A DNA stretch of 64,000 bases, filler included, from Globobulimina sp. (lineage: Eukaryota), in the NCBI GenBank assembly GCA_003354225.1. It is 21 parts of 21 records of this genome, joined end to end, with 100 filler letters (N's around TTAATTAATTAA, not from the genome) between each part and the next. Parts side by side here need not be neighbours in the genome. Positions count along the whole stretch, not along the records: positions 1 to 2,958 come from PIVH01004229.1; positions 3,059 to 6,016 come from PIVH01004230.1; positions 6,117 to 9,074 come from PIVH01004231.1; positions 9,175 to 12,132 come from PIVH01004232.1; positions 12,233 to 15,189 come from PIVH01004233.1; 16 more parts are not named here. The stretch is one strand, 5' to 3'. Both the position numbers and the translations under genes were made by a program. The notes under the pieces were generated by a model. It did no database searches, was not told where the DNA came from, and saw only the letters and a list, made by a program, of their open reading frames with translations. Numbering within the stretch: position 1 is the stretch's first letter; every line of letters starts with the position of its first letter. Shown in pieces: positions 1 through 12,255 of the stretch.

Positions 1-62
1 AATGTGAGGCTAAAAAGTCAATTAATTAAAATTAAATTTGTAACAAACTCTTTTCGTATTTT

Positions 63-548
63 CTATGCACCAACACTCAGCAACATAAAAAAAAAGGAAA
101 ATTCCTGTTCCCAGTTTCCATCAATCATTTCCAAATATGCATCATATTTCCTTTCCGTCCAAGTATTAAGCCACGCATCAATATAATGCTCACCTTTATA
201 AAAATCAATCATTGAAGTATTTACGACGATATAATACAGCAAAAAACACCATAAAATAAATATTGTGACAATATGAGTAAGAATACGCCGGCCCCACGAA
301 GCTGATCCATATGTACCACCATCTCCGCCTGACGCTGAATACCAACCACAACAACAAAACGATCCGCAAACAATTACAAAAATTAAAAAAAACCAAATAT
401 ATAATATTGAACCAACAAATGTATGAGTAACTAATCCGCCATCTTGTGGACTAAAAAACGCTCCGCTCAAATCTGCAGCAGCCAATATGTATAACGCTAA
501 CATATACGTAACATGACAGTCATCTCCATCCAATATGCTCTCATCCAA
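63..548 (-). CDS. Hypothetical multi-pass membrane protein (probably one exon of a larger gene)
   Basis: 161-aa ORF with 3-4 hydrophobic segments; no recognisable family. Confidence 0.45.
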   Translation of the reverse strand: MDESILDGDDCHVTYMLALYILAAADLSGAFFSPQDGGLVTHTFVGSILYIWFFLIFVIVCGSFCCCGWYSASGGDGGTYGSASWGRRILTHIVTIFILWCFLLYYIVVNTSMIDFYKGEHYIDAWLNTWTERKYDAYLEMIDGNWEQEFSFFFMLLSVGA

Positions 549-1121
549 TACATACGCTGCAACTGCATATTTTTAATATAAATTTGTATATGTTTGTCGT
601 TTAAACTTTTGTTGAAGTGAACTAGTCATCAGTCAACAAACAAAAATCGCAAAACAAAACTTCCACAAAATATTAATGCATTCACATGAATCATATTTGC
701 ATTAGCTGCGAATAAAAATATTTGACAATTATATCTTTGCCATCTGTCTGGGAAATTAAATGGCTCTGATTATTATAGACAAAATGAGTAAAAATGGAAG
801 AGTCAAAATTGCATAATTATGACGGTTTTGATACCTGCAAAAGCATAATAACGAAAGGCAACAATATAATCTAATACTAATTGTATCCACGCACAAACAA
901 ATATAACTGCAGCCCATAGAATTTTAAAAACGCCAGCAACTGGGCCTTTATTTTTCCATAATAATGGTAATCCATCGTTGACTAAGGTATGTTCCATTGG
1001 TTGAATCACATGTGAGTGCGTTGAATAAATTCCTGGCCTGCGAACAACAAGAAATCTGATTGCTGTTGCCATCAAGAAAAAAACTCTCAAAAAACCTTTT
1101 ATTTAGCTAGAAAAAAAAACA

Positions 1122-2822
1122 ATGTGCGATGCAAAGCCAAAAGTGTTAAACCATTCACTATTTGAATCTCAGAACATTGCTACATTCAAACAAGAATTCA
1201 ATAGTAACTCCAAGCCATTCCCTTTTGTTCGCGTAGAATCTTTCTTAAACAAAGAGTTTATTCCAAAATTAGAATCATCAATAGATGAAAACATAACATT
1301 TTCCAAAAAAGACAATGACTTATTTAAATTTTATCAATCTTATGATTTGCAACAAGTTCCCCAGAACACAGCCATTCAACATCTAATTAAATCCTTGTAC
1401 AGCCAAGAATTTATTGACTTATTATTCCAAATCACAGGAATTAAAGTAAGTGATAAAGCCAATTTATTCGCATCATGTTACAACGATGCTTCATACTTAT
1501 TATGTCACGATGACCAAGTTGAAGACCGAAGCATTGCATTTATTCTATATTTAGTCCCTCAGGATTGGGATGAAACGGATGGCGGCGCTTTAAATATTTA
1601 TAATTCATACAATTGTGACTCGTCTCAGTCTGGAAACTCTAACTCATCAAATGATTCAAACGTCGTTCAAATAAATATATTTCCACAAAGTAAACCATTC
1701 CAACAATTACTACCAAGCCGAAATAGCGTTGTTATCTTCAAAGTATGTGACGAATCATTCCATTCTGTGGATGAAGTATTAACCAGCGATAAAAATCGAA
1801 TTGCAATCGGTGGATGGTGGCATGATGAAAAATGTAATGATAAAATAATAAAAATTCCATTTGCTGATCCAATGATTGTTTGGAATGAGTGTACAAAAAG
1901 TAAGCATGCAAATTTATTACAAAAATGGTTGAATCCAACTTATTTAAAACCTGATTCAATTAAAAAGTTACAAGAAAAGTTTGTGGAGGAATCACATCTG
2001 ACACTCATTTCATTTATTAATGAGGAGTTATATTATAAATTATTAAAGCAAGTGTTTGCGATAAAATGTGCGGAGAAAAATGAAAATGCGTTTTCATGGA
2101 AATTAAAAGGTCCAATACATCGAAGATTATATTATTATTTAGATTCGGCAATGCAAGCAATGGATGTTGGAAATGTTGGAGATGTTTCATTGGTTTTTGA
2201 GTTTAAAGAATTGATGGAATCGATTGAATGGAAATTATTTATTCAAAAAATAACTTGTTTGGATTTATTGAAATATAATGTTGAAATAAGAAGGTTTGAT
2301 CATAGACATTATACTCTTGCTCATGATTTGGATTTATTTAAAGATATGGCTGGTTTGGATGTAAATATACAATTTATAGAAAATGAGGAAAATGGATGGG
2401 ATCCGATATTTGGTGGTAGTACTTATTATACGTTAAGTAAGCAAATGGAAAATGAAAATGATTTGAATGAAAAGGAAGAGGAAGAGGATGAGGAAGAGGA
2501 TGAAAGTAAGAATGAAGACAATGTGTTGATTATTGAGGAAAATAAAGAAGAGGATGATGATAATGAAGAGGATGAAAATATATTAATGTCTGTACATACA
2601 TTTCCAAATACATTATCAATTACATATCGATCGGAATGTGGAGTAATGAGTTTTGTTAAATACATAAATCATAATGCACCGTCGTCAAAGATTGATTTTA
2701 ATCAAATATGGACTGTTGATGATAACGAAAGTGGTTCGGATCAAAATGATTTAAATGAGAAAAAACGTAAATTGAGTGATGGGAATAATGATGAGCCACA
2801 GCATAAAAAACAAAAGGTGTAA
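1122..2822 (+). CDS. OGFOD1: Prolyl 3-hydroxylase OGFOD1/Tpa1 homologue (2OG-Fe(II) oxygenase)
   Basis: LLCHDD (HxD), RSIAFILYLV, DGGAL, SFHSVDEV, RIAIGGW; second degenerate oxygenase domain (KGP, RRF, YTL, FVKY). Confidence 0.9.
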   Translation: MCDAKPKVLNHSLFESQNIATFKQEFNSNSKPFPFVRVESFLNKEFIPKLESSIDENITFSKKDNDLFKFYQSYDLQQVPQNTAIQHLIKSLYSQEFIDLLFQITGIKVSDKANLFASCYNDASYLLCHDDQVEDRSIAFILYLVPQDWDETDGGALNIYNSYNCDSSQSGNSNSSNDSNVVQINIFPQSKPFQQLLPSRNSVVIFKVCDESFHSVDEVLTSDKNRIAIGGWWHDEKCNDKIIKIPFADPMIVWNECTKSKHANLLQKWLNPTYLKPDSIKKLQEKFVEESHLTLISFINEELYYKLLKQVFAIKCAEKNENAFSWKLKGPIHRRLYYYLDSAMQAMDVGNVGDVSLVFEFKELMESIEWKLFIQKITCLDLLKYNVEIRRFDHRHYTLAHDLDLFKDMAGLDVNIQFIENEENGWDPIFGGSTYYTLSKQMENENDLNEKEEEEDEEEDESKNEDNVLIIEENKEEDDDNEEDENILMSVHTFPNTLSITYRSECGVMSFVKYINHNAPSSKIDFNQIWTVDDNESGSDQNDLNEKKRKLSDGNNDEPQHKKQKV

Positions 2823-2830
2823 ATGTGTAA

Positions 2831-2956
2831 TAAACACTTCTTTTGTGATTGGCAAGGTTTTTGGGTTAGCTAGAGTGGTTTTCAACCTAGTATTCGAAGT
2901 TGACCTAGTATTCGAATCCTAGTATTCAAAGTTGAAAACCACTCAAGTGTTTAGAA
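2831..2956. mobile_element. Truncated copy of the palindromic MITE-like repeat (see 28462-28663)
   Basis: Near-identical to the left arm and core of 28485-28597; most of the right arm is deleted. Confidence 0.8.
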
Positions 2957-2958
2957 CT

Positions 2959-3058
2959 NNNNNNNNNNNNNNNNNNNNNNNNNNNNNNNNNNNNNNNNNN
3001 NNTTAATTAATTAANNNNNNNNNNNNNNNNNNNNNNNNNNNNNNNNNNNNNNNNNNNN
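2959..3058. other. Artificial contig-joining spacer (first of 20)
   Basis: N44-TTAATTAATTAA-N44 with stops in all six frames. Others start at 6017, 9075, 12133, 15190, 18247, 21304, 24360, 27416, 30471, 33525, 36579, 39632, 42685, 45738, 48791, 51843, 54895, 57947 and 60999. Confidence 0.99.
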
Positions 3059-3228
3059 TAAAAAAAACAAATGGTATGATGAATTATTACAATAATCAAC
3101 GTGTATAAAAGTAGAACTGAACCAAATGTATATACGCCGGGGGTGGATTATCTTAATTTAACTTACTTGAAAGGTTTTCACAGATTCGCCACACTCAGTT
3201 TTTCATTGAATTACAATTTAAGCAATAA

Positions 3229-4723
3229 ATGTCGATTGTCACTAATGATCGAAATTACGGAAGTTTCCCGACAACACAAACACATTCGTCAAGTCCACGA
3301 GCAACCATATCATCTCTTCTTGATATCAAGCAACATAGGAATGCTTCCATATATTCTGCAGATACGGATACGGACACTGATACAAATGATGATCATTTGT
3401 TACTCATCCCACCAGCTGCTGTACCATATATTCATGTTCTTACAAGAAATGCTTGCAATGTGGAAAGTATTACTAATCAATCAAAGTCATCATTGTCAGC
3501 AGCGGATATTGATGGAATCAACGGAGATCTGTCAGATATGAGCCACCATATTGAAAAACATGGATTAGTGGCAATGATGCATGGTACGCCACATCATGGC
3601 GAGGCACATGAACAACATCTACAGCACATCGGTTCATCGCCAATACGCAGGGTAATATTCAATATGTTAAACTGTATCATCGGGGCGGGGGTTGTGGGAC
3701 TTCCATTTGTTTATAGTACGGCGGGCTTATTTGGTGGCTTATTATTAATGGTATTTTTTGCCTTTATTTCCGCCTATTCCTTAAAACTATTAATCATTTC
3801 AGCCAAGTGTTGTCAGCAAAAAAATTATGAAGATTTGTGTGAGTATTTATTTGGATATAAAGGATATTTATTTGTATCTGTTACAATGTTGCTATTTGAT
3901 TTTGGTGCGACATTAAGTTATTTAATTATTTTAGGCGATTCTGCATCGCAAATTATATCAATTTTCGGATTTACATCAAATACGGACAGACGGTGTGCCA
4001 TTGCCATAGTTTCCGTACTCATTATTTTACCAACCGTATTGCCACGCGATTTAAGGTATGCTTTTTGTAGCGTTGTCGTGCTCACATTTTGTTGATTTTT
4101 GTATTAGTAAAATTGAGAAAGTGTCGGCATTTTCTGTATTTTCTGTGATTTTAATTATGTTGGTTGTGATTTATGAATGGATTGCGTTGCAATTGGATGT
4201 TTATGAAGGCGGTACAGCAAAACATATAAATATAAAATGGGGGGTTCATTTGGAAGGATTTCCAATGGCAATTGGTATCATTGCATTTGCGTTTGTTTGC
4301 CATGACAGCTCATTCTTACTATACAATACGTTGAAGGATCCGAGCATTGCAAGATGGACAATGTTAGCGTATGGCGGCTGCCTTTCTGCAGTTATAATTT
4401 GTGCATGTTTTGCAGTTCCCGGATATTTAACCTTTGACAGTGGTGTAAGTGATAATATATTAAATAATTACGATACGTACAATCCATTAATAATCGCAGC
4501 GCGCTGTATTTATTGTATAACAATGGCATTAACATATCCATGCTCTTTTTTTGTAGTTCGACATGTGTGTTATGCGATGTTTCACCATGGACCAAATTAT
4601 GAATCTATTTTATCTGCGCCATTATGTTTAGAAATTATTACATTTAATTTTGATAAGCATAAATTTATTAAATATTATCACAACAATCAAGCCATCTACA
4701 ATGCAAATCTGCGTATAATATGA
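3229..4723 (+). CDS. Amino acid transporter, AAAP/SLC38 (SLC38A11-like); intron 4056-4107; 3' end uncertain
   Basis: FNMLNCIIGAGVVGLPF, IIAFAFVCH, GYLTF and LTYP motifs. Removing the 52-nt GT..AG intron joins the two ORFs (PRDL-S-KIEK). Confidence 0.88.
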
Positions 4724-6533
4724 TAACTAAATTAGCATAAGATGATAATACACATAATACACATAATTATAATAAATTATGGAAGTTATTATGGTATCAC
4801 AGTTCAAAAAAATTAAAATGAATGATTTTTATTAAATTATAATGAAATATGTTTATTAAAATGAATGAATGGCAATTTTTTATGAATCACGAATTAATTG
4901 AAATGCATGAAGTGCTTTCTCAGCTGCTTTCTCCTTTGCACATAAAAAAAGAAGAAAAAAAGAAAAAAAAGGAAAACATATTGATTCCACTATGTCAGAT
5001 GGATAGAATTGTAGAATTTTACAAGGTCATATTATAGAATTTTACTGATATAAAAATTTACAGCAGAAATAATGGACCAAATTGATCTTTTGTAGGAATT
5101 GGCACAGAATTAATGCCAAACACATAACAAAACCAGCCGCAGAAATAATAGGACGGTGGTTGTATTATTACAAAAACCAAATACATAATCATAATATAAA
5201 TATAACTCATTATATGTGAATTCTATGATGATTTCTTACATGAAATGAATATATATATTCATTATATACATTTATTAGTTATAAATTTTTTAAAGATTGC
5301 AGCAATGCAATAACAAGATTACAATTTTTATGTGATCGGGAAAATACAAAAAGTATTGACTTATGGTTGCGCCATGCTCGCTAACTATTAATTTATAGAC
5401 AAATTACAAAAGTTTTTTTTTCTTTGAAAGCAAAAACTCGTTGCTTCAAGTCATTGGTTCTTGTGGTTCCATTTATTTTCCATTCGTAGTGTATTATATT
5501 ACATGGGTTTGACACTACCAACTTGAAAGCACAACATACATAAAACTAAATTGAATAATAAAAATATTGTGTATATAATCCAAACATATCAAAATGGCAA
5601 ACAAAAACTATGAATCGCTCTATCAACAATTACAAAAAGAAACCTACGACAAACTGAAAAAACAAGACCACATCGTATGTAATAATAATAAGCCACAATG
5701 TATCCCACCAACACACAAATTATATACATCAAAAAAATAGATAGCTAAATTGGAGAAAAAGGTATGACACTGACACATAACCCGCAGGCATACCCCATGA
5801 ATACTTATAGCATTTACAAACAAACAGATTGAAAAAATGCAAGCTCAAAACCATGCGCAAATGCAGACATTGGATGTTCGCATGCAGCAAATGATGGGCA
5901 TGTTTCAGATGTTTATGATGAATCAAACCATTGGCATGAACCAAATGCAACAACAACAGCAACAACAGACCAAACTGCAACAACAGACATTAACCACCAA
6001 CAACAACCCACCCAACNNNNNNNNNNNNNNNNNNNNNNNNNNNNNNNNNNNNNNNNNNNNTTAATTAATTAANNNNNNNNNNNNNNNNNNNNNNNNNNNN
6101 NNNNNNNNNNNNNNNNTAGTTTCATAAATACTGCACAAACATTTCATTCAATACAAGTTGCAAGAACTGAAAATCGTTGCAAAATAACATGATTCATCAA
6201 GTTTTTTTTTGTTTACTCCTGCAAAAATGCACATCACAACAAACAATTTGCAAGAGTAAGCAAATTGTCGTGCGAATATTGCTATGTGCCACATAGCAAA
6301 ATCCTCATAATGTGTGATGTGCCACATAGCAATTTGCAATTTGTTGACTCTGTATTTTTGCACATCACATCAACTTTTTTATACATCTCGACAAAGACTT
6401 TGCAGGAGTTGACAATAAAATTTTGTTTGTACACTCATGTTCATGCAAAATTTGTGCACTCATGTTCATGCAAAAATCCAAGGCTCAACAAAAAAAAGTA
6501 TATTAATATTTAAATAAAAAAATCCACAATTCA

Positions 6534-7976
6534 CTAGCCTAAAAGAGCTTCAACAATCCTTTTCAGCGCAATCCAATGAGCAATGCCATCCATTCCATCA
6601 TTTGAAAGTACATCAGGCATATGATCATTCAAAATATTCATTTGTGCATTATTTAAAGCTGGATGTGGTACTGTGGCCCAAGAATGTTGATGTTCATCTG
6701 ATTCAAGCCATCTCGACTCCCTTTCATAACCAGCACCATAACTAGTGTCATTATCCCTCAGATCATTAAAATATTGTACAGATTGATCTAAACCTTCTGT
6801 TGCTCTTTCCAACATAGCAGATCTAAACTCATTACTGTTTACAATCTGTAATCCTTCCATAAATCTTTGTCTTGGTGATCTTCTTAACTGGTGGACAGGA
6901 TCACTGAGATGAGGTTTATTGTTTTGTGCATCAACCCATGTAGAGAGTTCCTGGTTAATTCTTGGTAAAAACACCTTATGCAAGCACCATAAATGAGTAT
7001 TGTTATGTCGATCTAAACCATGATTTCTCTCCATATCTCTGAATCTTCGCTTCCATTTCATTATTTTATGATTCCCTAAAGTTAGCCATAACCTTTCGAT
7101 CCTAACATTTCTTGTGCTTGGTCCAACGAAAACACATTTCAAATATTGATCACCACGTTCCCTGACCATACTTTGCCACATGCCTCTGTTTTCCCACCCT
7201 CTGTCAGTTCTCAGATGAAATGGATAACAACCAAGTCTGGAGCAAGCATTGTCAAATAGTGGTCTGACTGTTACAGAATCATTTTTGCCTGGCACCATCA
7301 AACTAATTCCCATTGACATATGACTTATCACAGACACGTCTGGTGGTATTGCTAAAACAATAGTACCTTTTTTCAGCGGTAAATGTTTACCAGATGTAAT
7401 TTCTTCATTGCAGGTTAGTCCTGCAGAATGAAAACATAACACCTTCTGTTTTCTTCTGTTTGGATACGTTGTTTTGAAAGTGTTTGACTCTTCTTCATAT
7501 TCAATGTCGCAGTTAACTTCAGCGTTAATCATAAACAATGAAGATTTACCTTTTTGTTCTTCTTCAAGGTCCATTAACCAACGAGAATCTGTATGTTTCT
7601 GTTGTTGCCCTTTATAAAATAAAAATGCCACTAAATCTTCACATGTAAATTCAACTCCACGCATTTGACGTAACTCATCATATTCATAAGATGCAAACTT
7701 GATAAATTCATTAACAACACGAGTAATGTTCTGGAGGTTGCTATGTAAACCTTTGTTTTTAACGTCACTCCAATTGCTGTGTTCAGTAACGTTAAAGACT
7801 TTCATACTTTCTTTTTCAAAAGCAGCAAATTCTTCCTCAGATAACCTTGCTTTTGCTAAAGCATGAATAACTTTGTTCTTTACCACTTTGTATGAATAAC
7901 TTTGTTCTTTGTTCTTTTGTCGATCCTGCACATTTAACTGATTTGCTTCTTGAGTCGATTGAACGTGAAGAAGCAA
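6534..7976 (-). CDS. Integrase-core (DDE) transposase fragment fused to an unrelated N-terminal region
   Basis: NDSVTV..LF...GCYPFHLRTDRGWEN...GPSTRNVRIERLW...HLWCLHKVFLPRINQEL..W matches eukaryotic IS3-like integrase cores. The motif carrying the first catalytic Asp (WHxDG) is not visible. Confidence 0.8.
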   Translation of the reverse strand: MLLHVQSTQEANQLNVQDRQKNKEQSYSYKVVKNKVIHALAKARLSEEEFAAFEKESMKVFNVTEHSNWSDVKNKGLHSNLQNITRVVNEFIKFASYEYDELRQMRGVEFTCEDLVAFLFYKGQQQKHTDSRWLMDLEEEQKGKSSLFMINAEVNCDIEYEEESNTFKTTYPNRRKQKVLCFHSAGLTCNEEITSGKHLPLKKGTIVLAIPPDVSVISHMSMGISLMVPGKNDSVTVRPLFDNACSRLGCYPFHLRTDRGWENRGMWQSMVRERGDQYLKCVFVGPSTRNVRIERLWLTLGNHKIMKWKRRFRDMERNHGLDRHNNTHLWCLHKVFLPRINQELSTWVDAQNNKPHLSDPVHQLRRSPRQRFMEGLQIVNSNEFRSAMLERATEGLDQSVQYFNDLRDNDTSYGAGYERESRWLESDEHQHSWATVPHPALNNAQMNILNDHMPDVLSNDGMDGIAHWIALKRIVEALLG

Positions 7977-8362
7977 GGATTAGACGAAGAGAATCACCGA
8001 ATCGTATGTTCGCACATAATGGAAGCCGAGAGGATAGGTTGCGATTATGTCGTTTTTTCAAAGACTATGTCAGATCTTATGGAAATGATATTGTTCGATA
8101 TTATGATGGTGAGACACAAATTTTGTCTGCACGAATAACTGAGTTTATTACTGGTAATCAATATGGATTATGTGGAACAGCTAAAGAGATTTATATTGAA
8201 ATTAAATTTCCAAACAGAGAAAATTTGCCGCACGCTCAAACGTGTTCAAGAGTTATAAAATTTTCAGAGGATTGGATGGTTGCTTCAATATTTAATGCTC
8301 GATTGGATGTTTTATTCCGTTCTGTTGCAAGATGTCAAACAACAGCTTTCACCTCTACCTGA
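7892..8362 (+). CDS. HECT E3 ubiquitin ligase C-lobe-like fragment inside the transposon
   Basis: ITEFITG...IYIEIKF...LPHAQTCSRVIKF...FNARLD resembles HECT FxTG...LPxAHTCFNxL, with the catalytic Cys retained. Confidence 0.6.
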   Translation: MNNFVLCSFVDPAHLTDLLLESIEREEARIRRRESPNRMFAHNGSREDRLRLCRFFKDYVRSYGNDIVRYYDGETQILSARITEFITGNQYGLCGTAKEIYIEIKFPNRENLPHAQTCSRVIKFSEDWMVASIFNARLDVLFRSVARCQTTAFTST

Positions 8363-9207
8363 ACTAACTTGTTTCATTTGTTTCCTTGACTTTTAGATTT
8401 GACTTTCGTAGTTGACTCATAATTGACCTAATTATCTTTAATCAAACTATTTTTGTCACTTCACTGCAGCTGTTTTCATAATTTGTCATTTACACAGTTT
8501 CTGTTCAACAAAAAGACTTGTCATTAACGAACAGAAAGTGTTCACTACTGCACAAATACTATGAGTAGTTTAGGTTATGAACATGTACATACAGGAGTGA
8601 ACAAACACTTGTTTGTTGGGAGGTGCATGCAGGATTGAACAAGAAAAAAACTGCTGGGATGTACATTTTTGCAGGATTAAACAATAAAAAACTTGATTAA
8701 TCATGTTATTTTGCAACGATTTTCAGTTCTTGCAACTTGTATTGAATGAAATGTTTGTGCAGTATTTATGAAACTATATTCACACTATAATTGCCAATAT
8801 GCAGAAAATAATGATCATTGCTAAACCGATTTCCATGACAGTATATGCTGCAAGGAATTGTTGTGGAGAATCACAGAAATCAAAACATAGCCCAAATTCA
8901 CATAAGTTTTGTCTAAATTGTGACAATTTTCAGTTGTACGTTGCACTGTTGATTGAGTTAATATGCTTGCAATTGCTTCCTGTTCAGGTTCATGTTGTTC
9001 ATCTTTAACCTCCTCATCATTTTTTACATTTACTACAGTTGTCATTATAACTCAGCTAAACATATTAAAAATTANNNNNNNNNNNNNNNNNNNNNNNNNN
9101 NNNNNNNNNNNNNNNNNNTTAATTAATTAANNNNNNNNNNNNNNNNNNNNNNNNNNNNNNNNNNNNNNNNNNNNTGTATAGTAAAAAACTGGAAAATCTT
9201 TTGCTCA

Positions 9208-12132
9208 ATGCATTCGAGTTCAAATAATGATAATAATACCAATAGTTTCCCAAGTGGTGTTTACGAAAATCAAGCATTATTAATTGCACCACAATATTTG
9301 AATGGAGCACATACATTTTCATTGGACAGATATGATTTAGTTGTTCAATTTATAATTAATTATGTGACATCATGCGGTTTGCATGGTTCATGCTGGAAAC
9401 AAATCATATCGGCTATTAATACAATATTATCACATCAATCAAATAAAAATGAACAAAAAACAAGCAGACAATCAACATTTGAGCCCTGCTCATTATGTAA
9501 TTTTTGGCATTCAAACAATAATAATAACCATTCACACAAATCACATAAAAATGGTACCATTTACTTGTACGTATTAAATCAATTTCTATCATATCTAAAA
9601 TCAATCCATCAAACCTCAAATCAATCCGTACCATTCCATTTCTATCTCATTGATAAACGGATTCAAATGCAAAATACGCAAACAATGAATGCCAAAAAAA
9701 CAATAAAGACTACATCATTTGGAGTGAGTTATCCGTGTATGGACAATAGGAAAGAAATGAGTTTCGATGATGTCTATGTTCGATATAATAAATTCATAAA
9801 ACGTAAAATTAAAAGTAATGATAGCACATGTTTTGTCTGTGATATTTATATTGTTTCAAACATATCATTACGGCGTAGATACTTAGGATATACATCGATT
9901 ATTAATGATACCTCAATTGCTGGATTGAGATATTCTGTTTCAGAGAAATTAGGGCGAGCTGGCATTTGTGGATTATTGCAAACTGATTTAATATCTCAAT
10001 TAAACACTGAGTCAAACAGTTTATTCTCTGCTATTAAACACCTACAACATTCAGGACTCATTATTACTGAAAACGATAAGTTATGGCTCACTCGATTTAA
10101 ATTCACATCAAATATACGCACATTTAACAATAACAATGACAGATATAAAAATGCATTAATTCCAGGCTCGCATGCATTGTATTGCTATAATAAGCAAATT
10201 GAAGTAAATACAGAAAATAAAATAAATAACAGCAACAATAGCAACATTATTGACTGTAATGATGAAGTGATTCGACATATTGATCAAGGATTAAATCAGC
10301 AAATATACAAATTAATACATGCAGCAAAGGCATCGGGTATTTTATTCACAGAGATCTGTTCAAAATTAGGTATTCAAACAAAAGAAGGACATAATAGATT
10401 GGTTGCCTGTGCCTCGTCCTATGATATCATCATAATCGAAGACAAAAACGATAAATCCAAACCAGAACGATTATTTACGGCACAATTTTATGATAAAAAA
10501 CAAGGAACAAATAAGTTAACCAGAACCGAAAAGAACTCCTTATATTTATTACAATATTTAGACGATAATAATGGTGTTGTCTCTGCCATGGAAGCACGGC
10601 GATATTTAAAAACAAAGGATGAATATTGTAATACTGTTGGAATGTTCTTAGACAGCAAAACATTTCAACGATTAACGGATAAGTTAGCTAAAAATAAGCA
10701 GATTAAGGTGGTCCATTATAACCTCAATGATTCGCAGACAATGCGGAAAGTAAAAACCCACTCTGTATTGTTACATTACAATTTATCGCCGCACGACAAA
10801 GCCATTATAAAATATGCGAAAGAAGCCATACATCGCAGTCAAACCAAACATTCGCACGTATTAAATCATAGCGATGTAATGACCAAAGAAAACACAAAAA
10901 AGCGGAGAATTACAGGAATAAATACAAATAATAACTATCAACCACCACCGTTAAAAAAAAGGAAATTAAATGCTGATGACGGTGGTAGTGATAGTAAGAC
11001 AAATAAACCCGTACAGCATGCATCATATTGTTCGTATTATGGCTATATTCGACCGACACTGTCTCGCATCAGATTATTGCATGAATATTTATTAAATTAT
11101 AAACAAAATGAAGATATGGGTTTAATTGAAGACATTGAGTATGATGAAGAGACCGGTTTGATTGCCTCACCACCGCCACCATCATCGACTCATTTGTGTG
11201 CATTGACGCCGCCGCCACCATCACCATATCATAGGGGGAGATATCATAAAATAGCATTACAGGATGATATGATTAATAATTATAATAAAAAGAAAGAGAA
11301 AACACTGAAACACTCTCCGTTTATAAATATATTGAAAACGTTTCCATTTAAATTATTTTTGCAGATTATTGGCGGGGATGGCAATATAATAAACATTGAG
11401 GATGATTCGCTTTGGAATGTAAGGATTTGCAATTTACCCACAAATATGTACTATGCCATTATGGAGATAAATGACTGTCGAACTATGCGGCTCTGTCGCT
11501 TGATTCTGCACTTAAAGAGATTGGAATTATTGGAGTTTATTAAAAATCCATATCAGGAAATCATGGCACGATATAATCATAATGATAATGATGATGATGA
11601 CCATGGTGATGGCGAGGCAGATGTGGCTATGATGGATATGACGGATATTAAGCTACAAAAACAAGAACAAGATTATGAAGAAGAAGAAGTGGAGGAAACT
11701 GTGGTGAAAAAAAAGAAGAAAAAAAAGAAAGATAAGAAATCAAAAAAGAAAGATAAGGGAAAAAAGAAAACAAAGTCCAAAAAGAAAAAATCAAAAAGTC
11801 CGAAAAAAAAAAAGATAAAAAAAGCAAAAGCTCCGAAAGGAAAAAAAAAGAAAATCAAGAAAAAAGAAGCAGACTCCGAAGAATTGGGGCCACCACAGAT
11901 CGAGATTATAGACTTCGGTTTTTTAGATATTGAAGAAGACGAAGATAAATATTCAAATTACAAAGTAAACAAACTGAAACCATCTGAAATAATTCGCATC
12001 CACTCCACAAAGATAACCGTGGATAATATCTCAATGTTATCGAGCTCCATCACCGGCGGCAGAGAATGGCCATTAACCTCAAATGATAAAATTGATAAAT
12101 TCTGGAAGGAGTTTAAAAAGGAAGTACATATC
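9208..12132 (+). CDS. TFIIIC B-block-binding subunit (GTF3C1/Tfc3)-like, 3' partial
   Basis: YSVSEKLGRAGICGLLQTDL...SLFSAIKHLQHSGLI winged-helix motif; YGYIRPTLSRIRLLHEYL conserved block; Lys-rich NLS-like tracts. Confidence 0.72.
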
Positions 12133-12255
12133 NNNNNNNNNNNNNNNNNNNNNNNNNNNNNNNNNNNNNNNNNNNNTTAATTAATTAANNNNNNNNNNNN
12201 NNNNNNNNNNNNNNNNNNNNNNNNNNNNNNNNATTTATGCATGATTATATTGTAG

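Larger units (their letters stand above)
6117..8778. mobile_element. TIR DNA transposon, IS3EU-like, about 2.66 kb, probably non-autonomous or rearranged
   Basis: 119-bp inverted repeats at 6117-6235 and 8658-8776 with 4 mismatches; subterminal direct repeats; internal integrase-core ORF. The left end is clipped by the contig start. Confidence 0.85.

Noticed and set aside
11673-11858. Phe-rich antisense ORF (also 17802-18246)
   Set aside because: Reverse complement of poly-Lys coding tracts.
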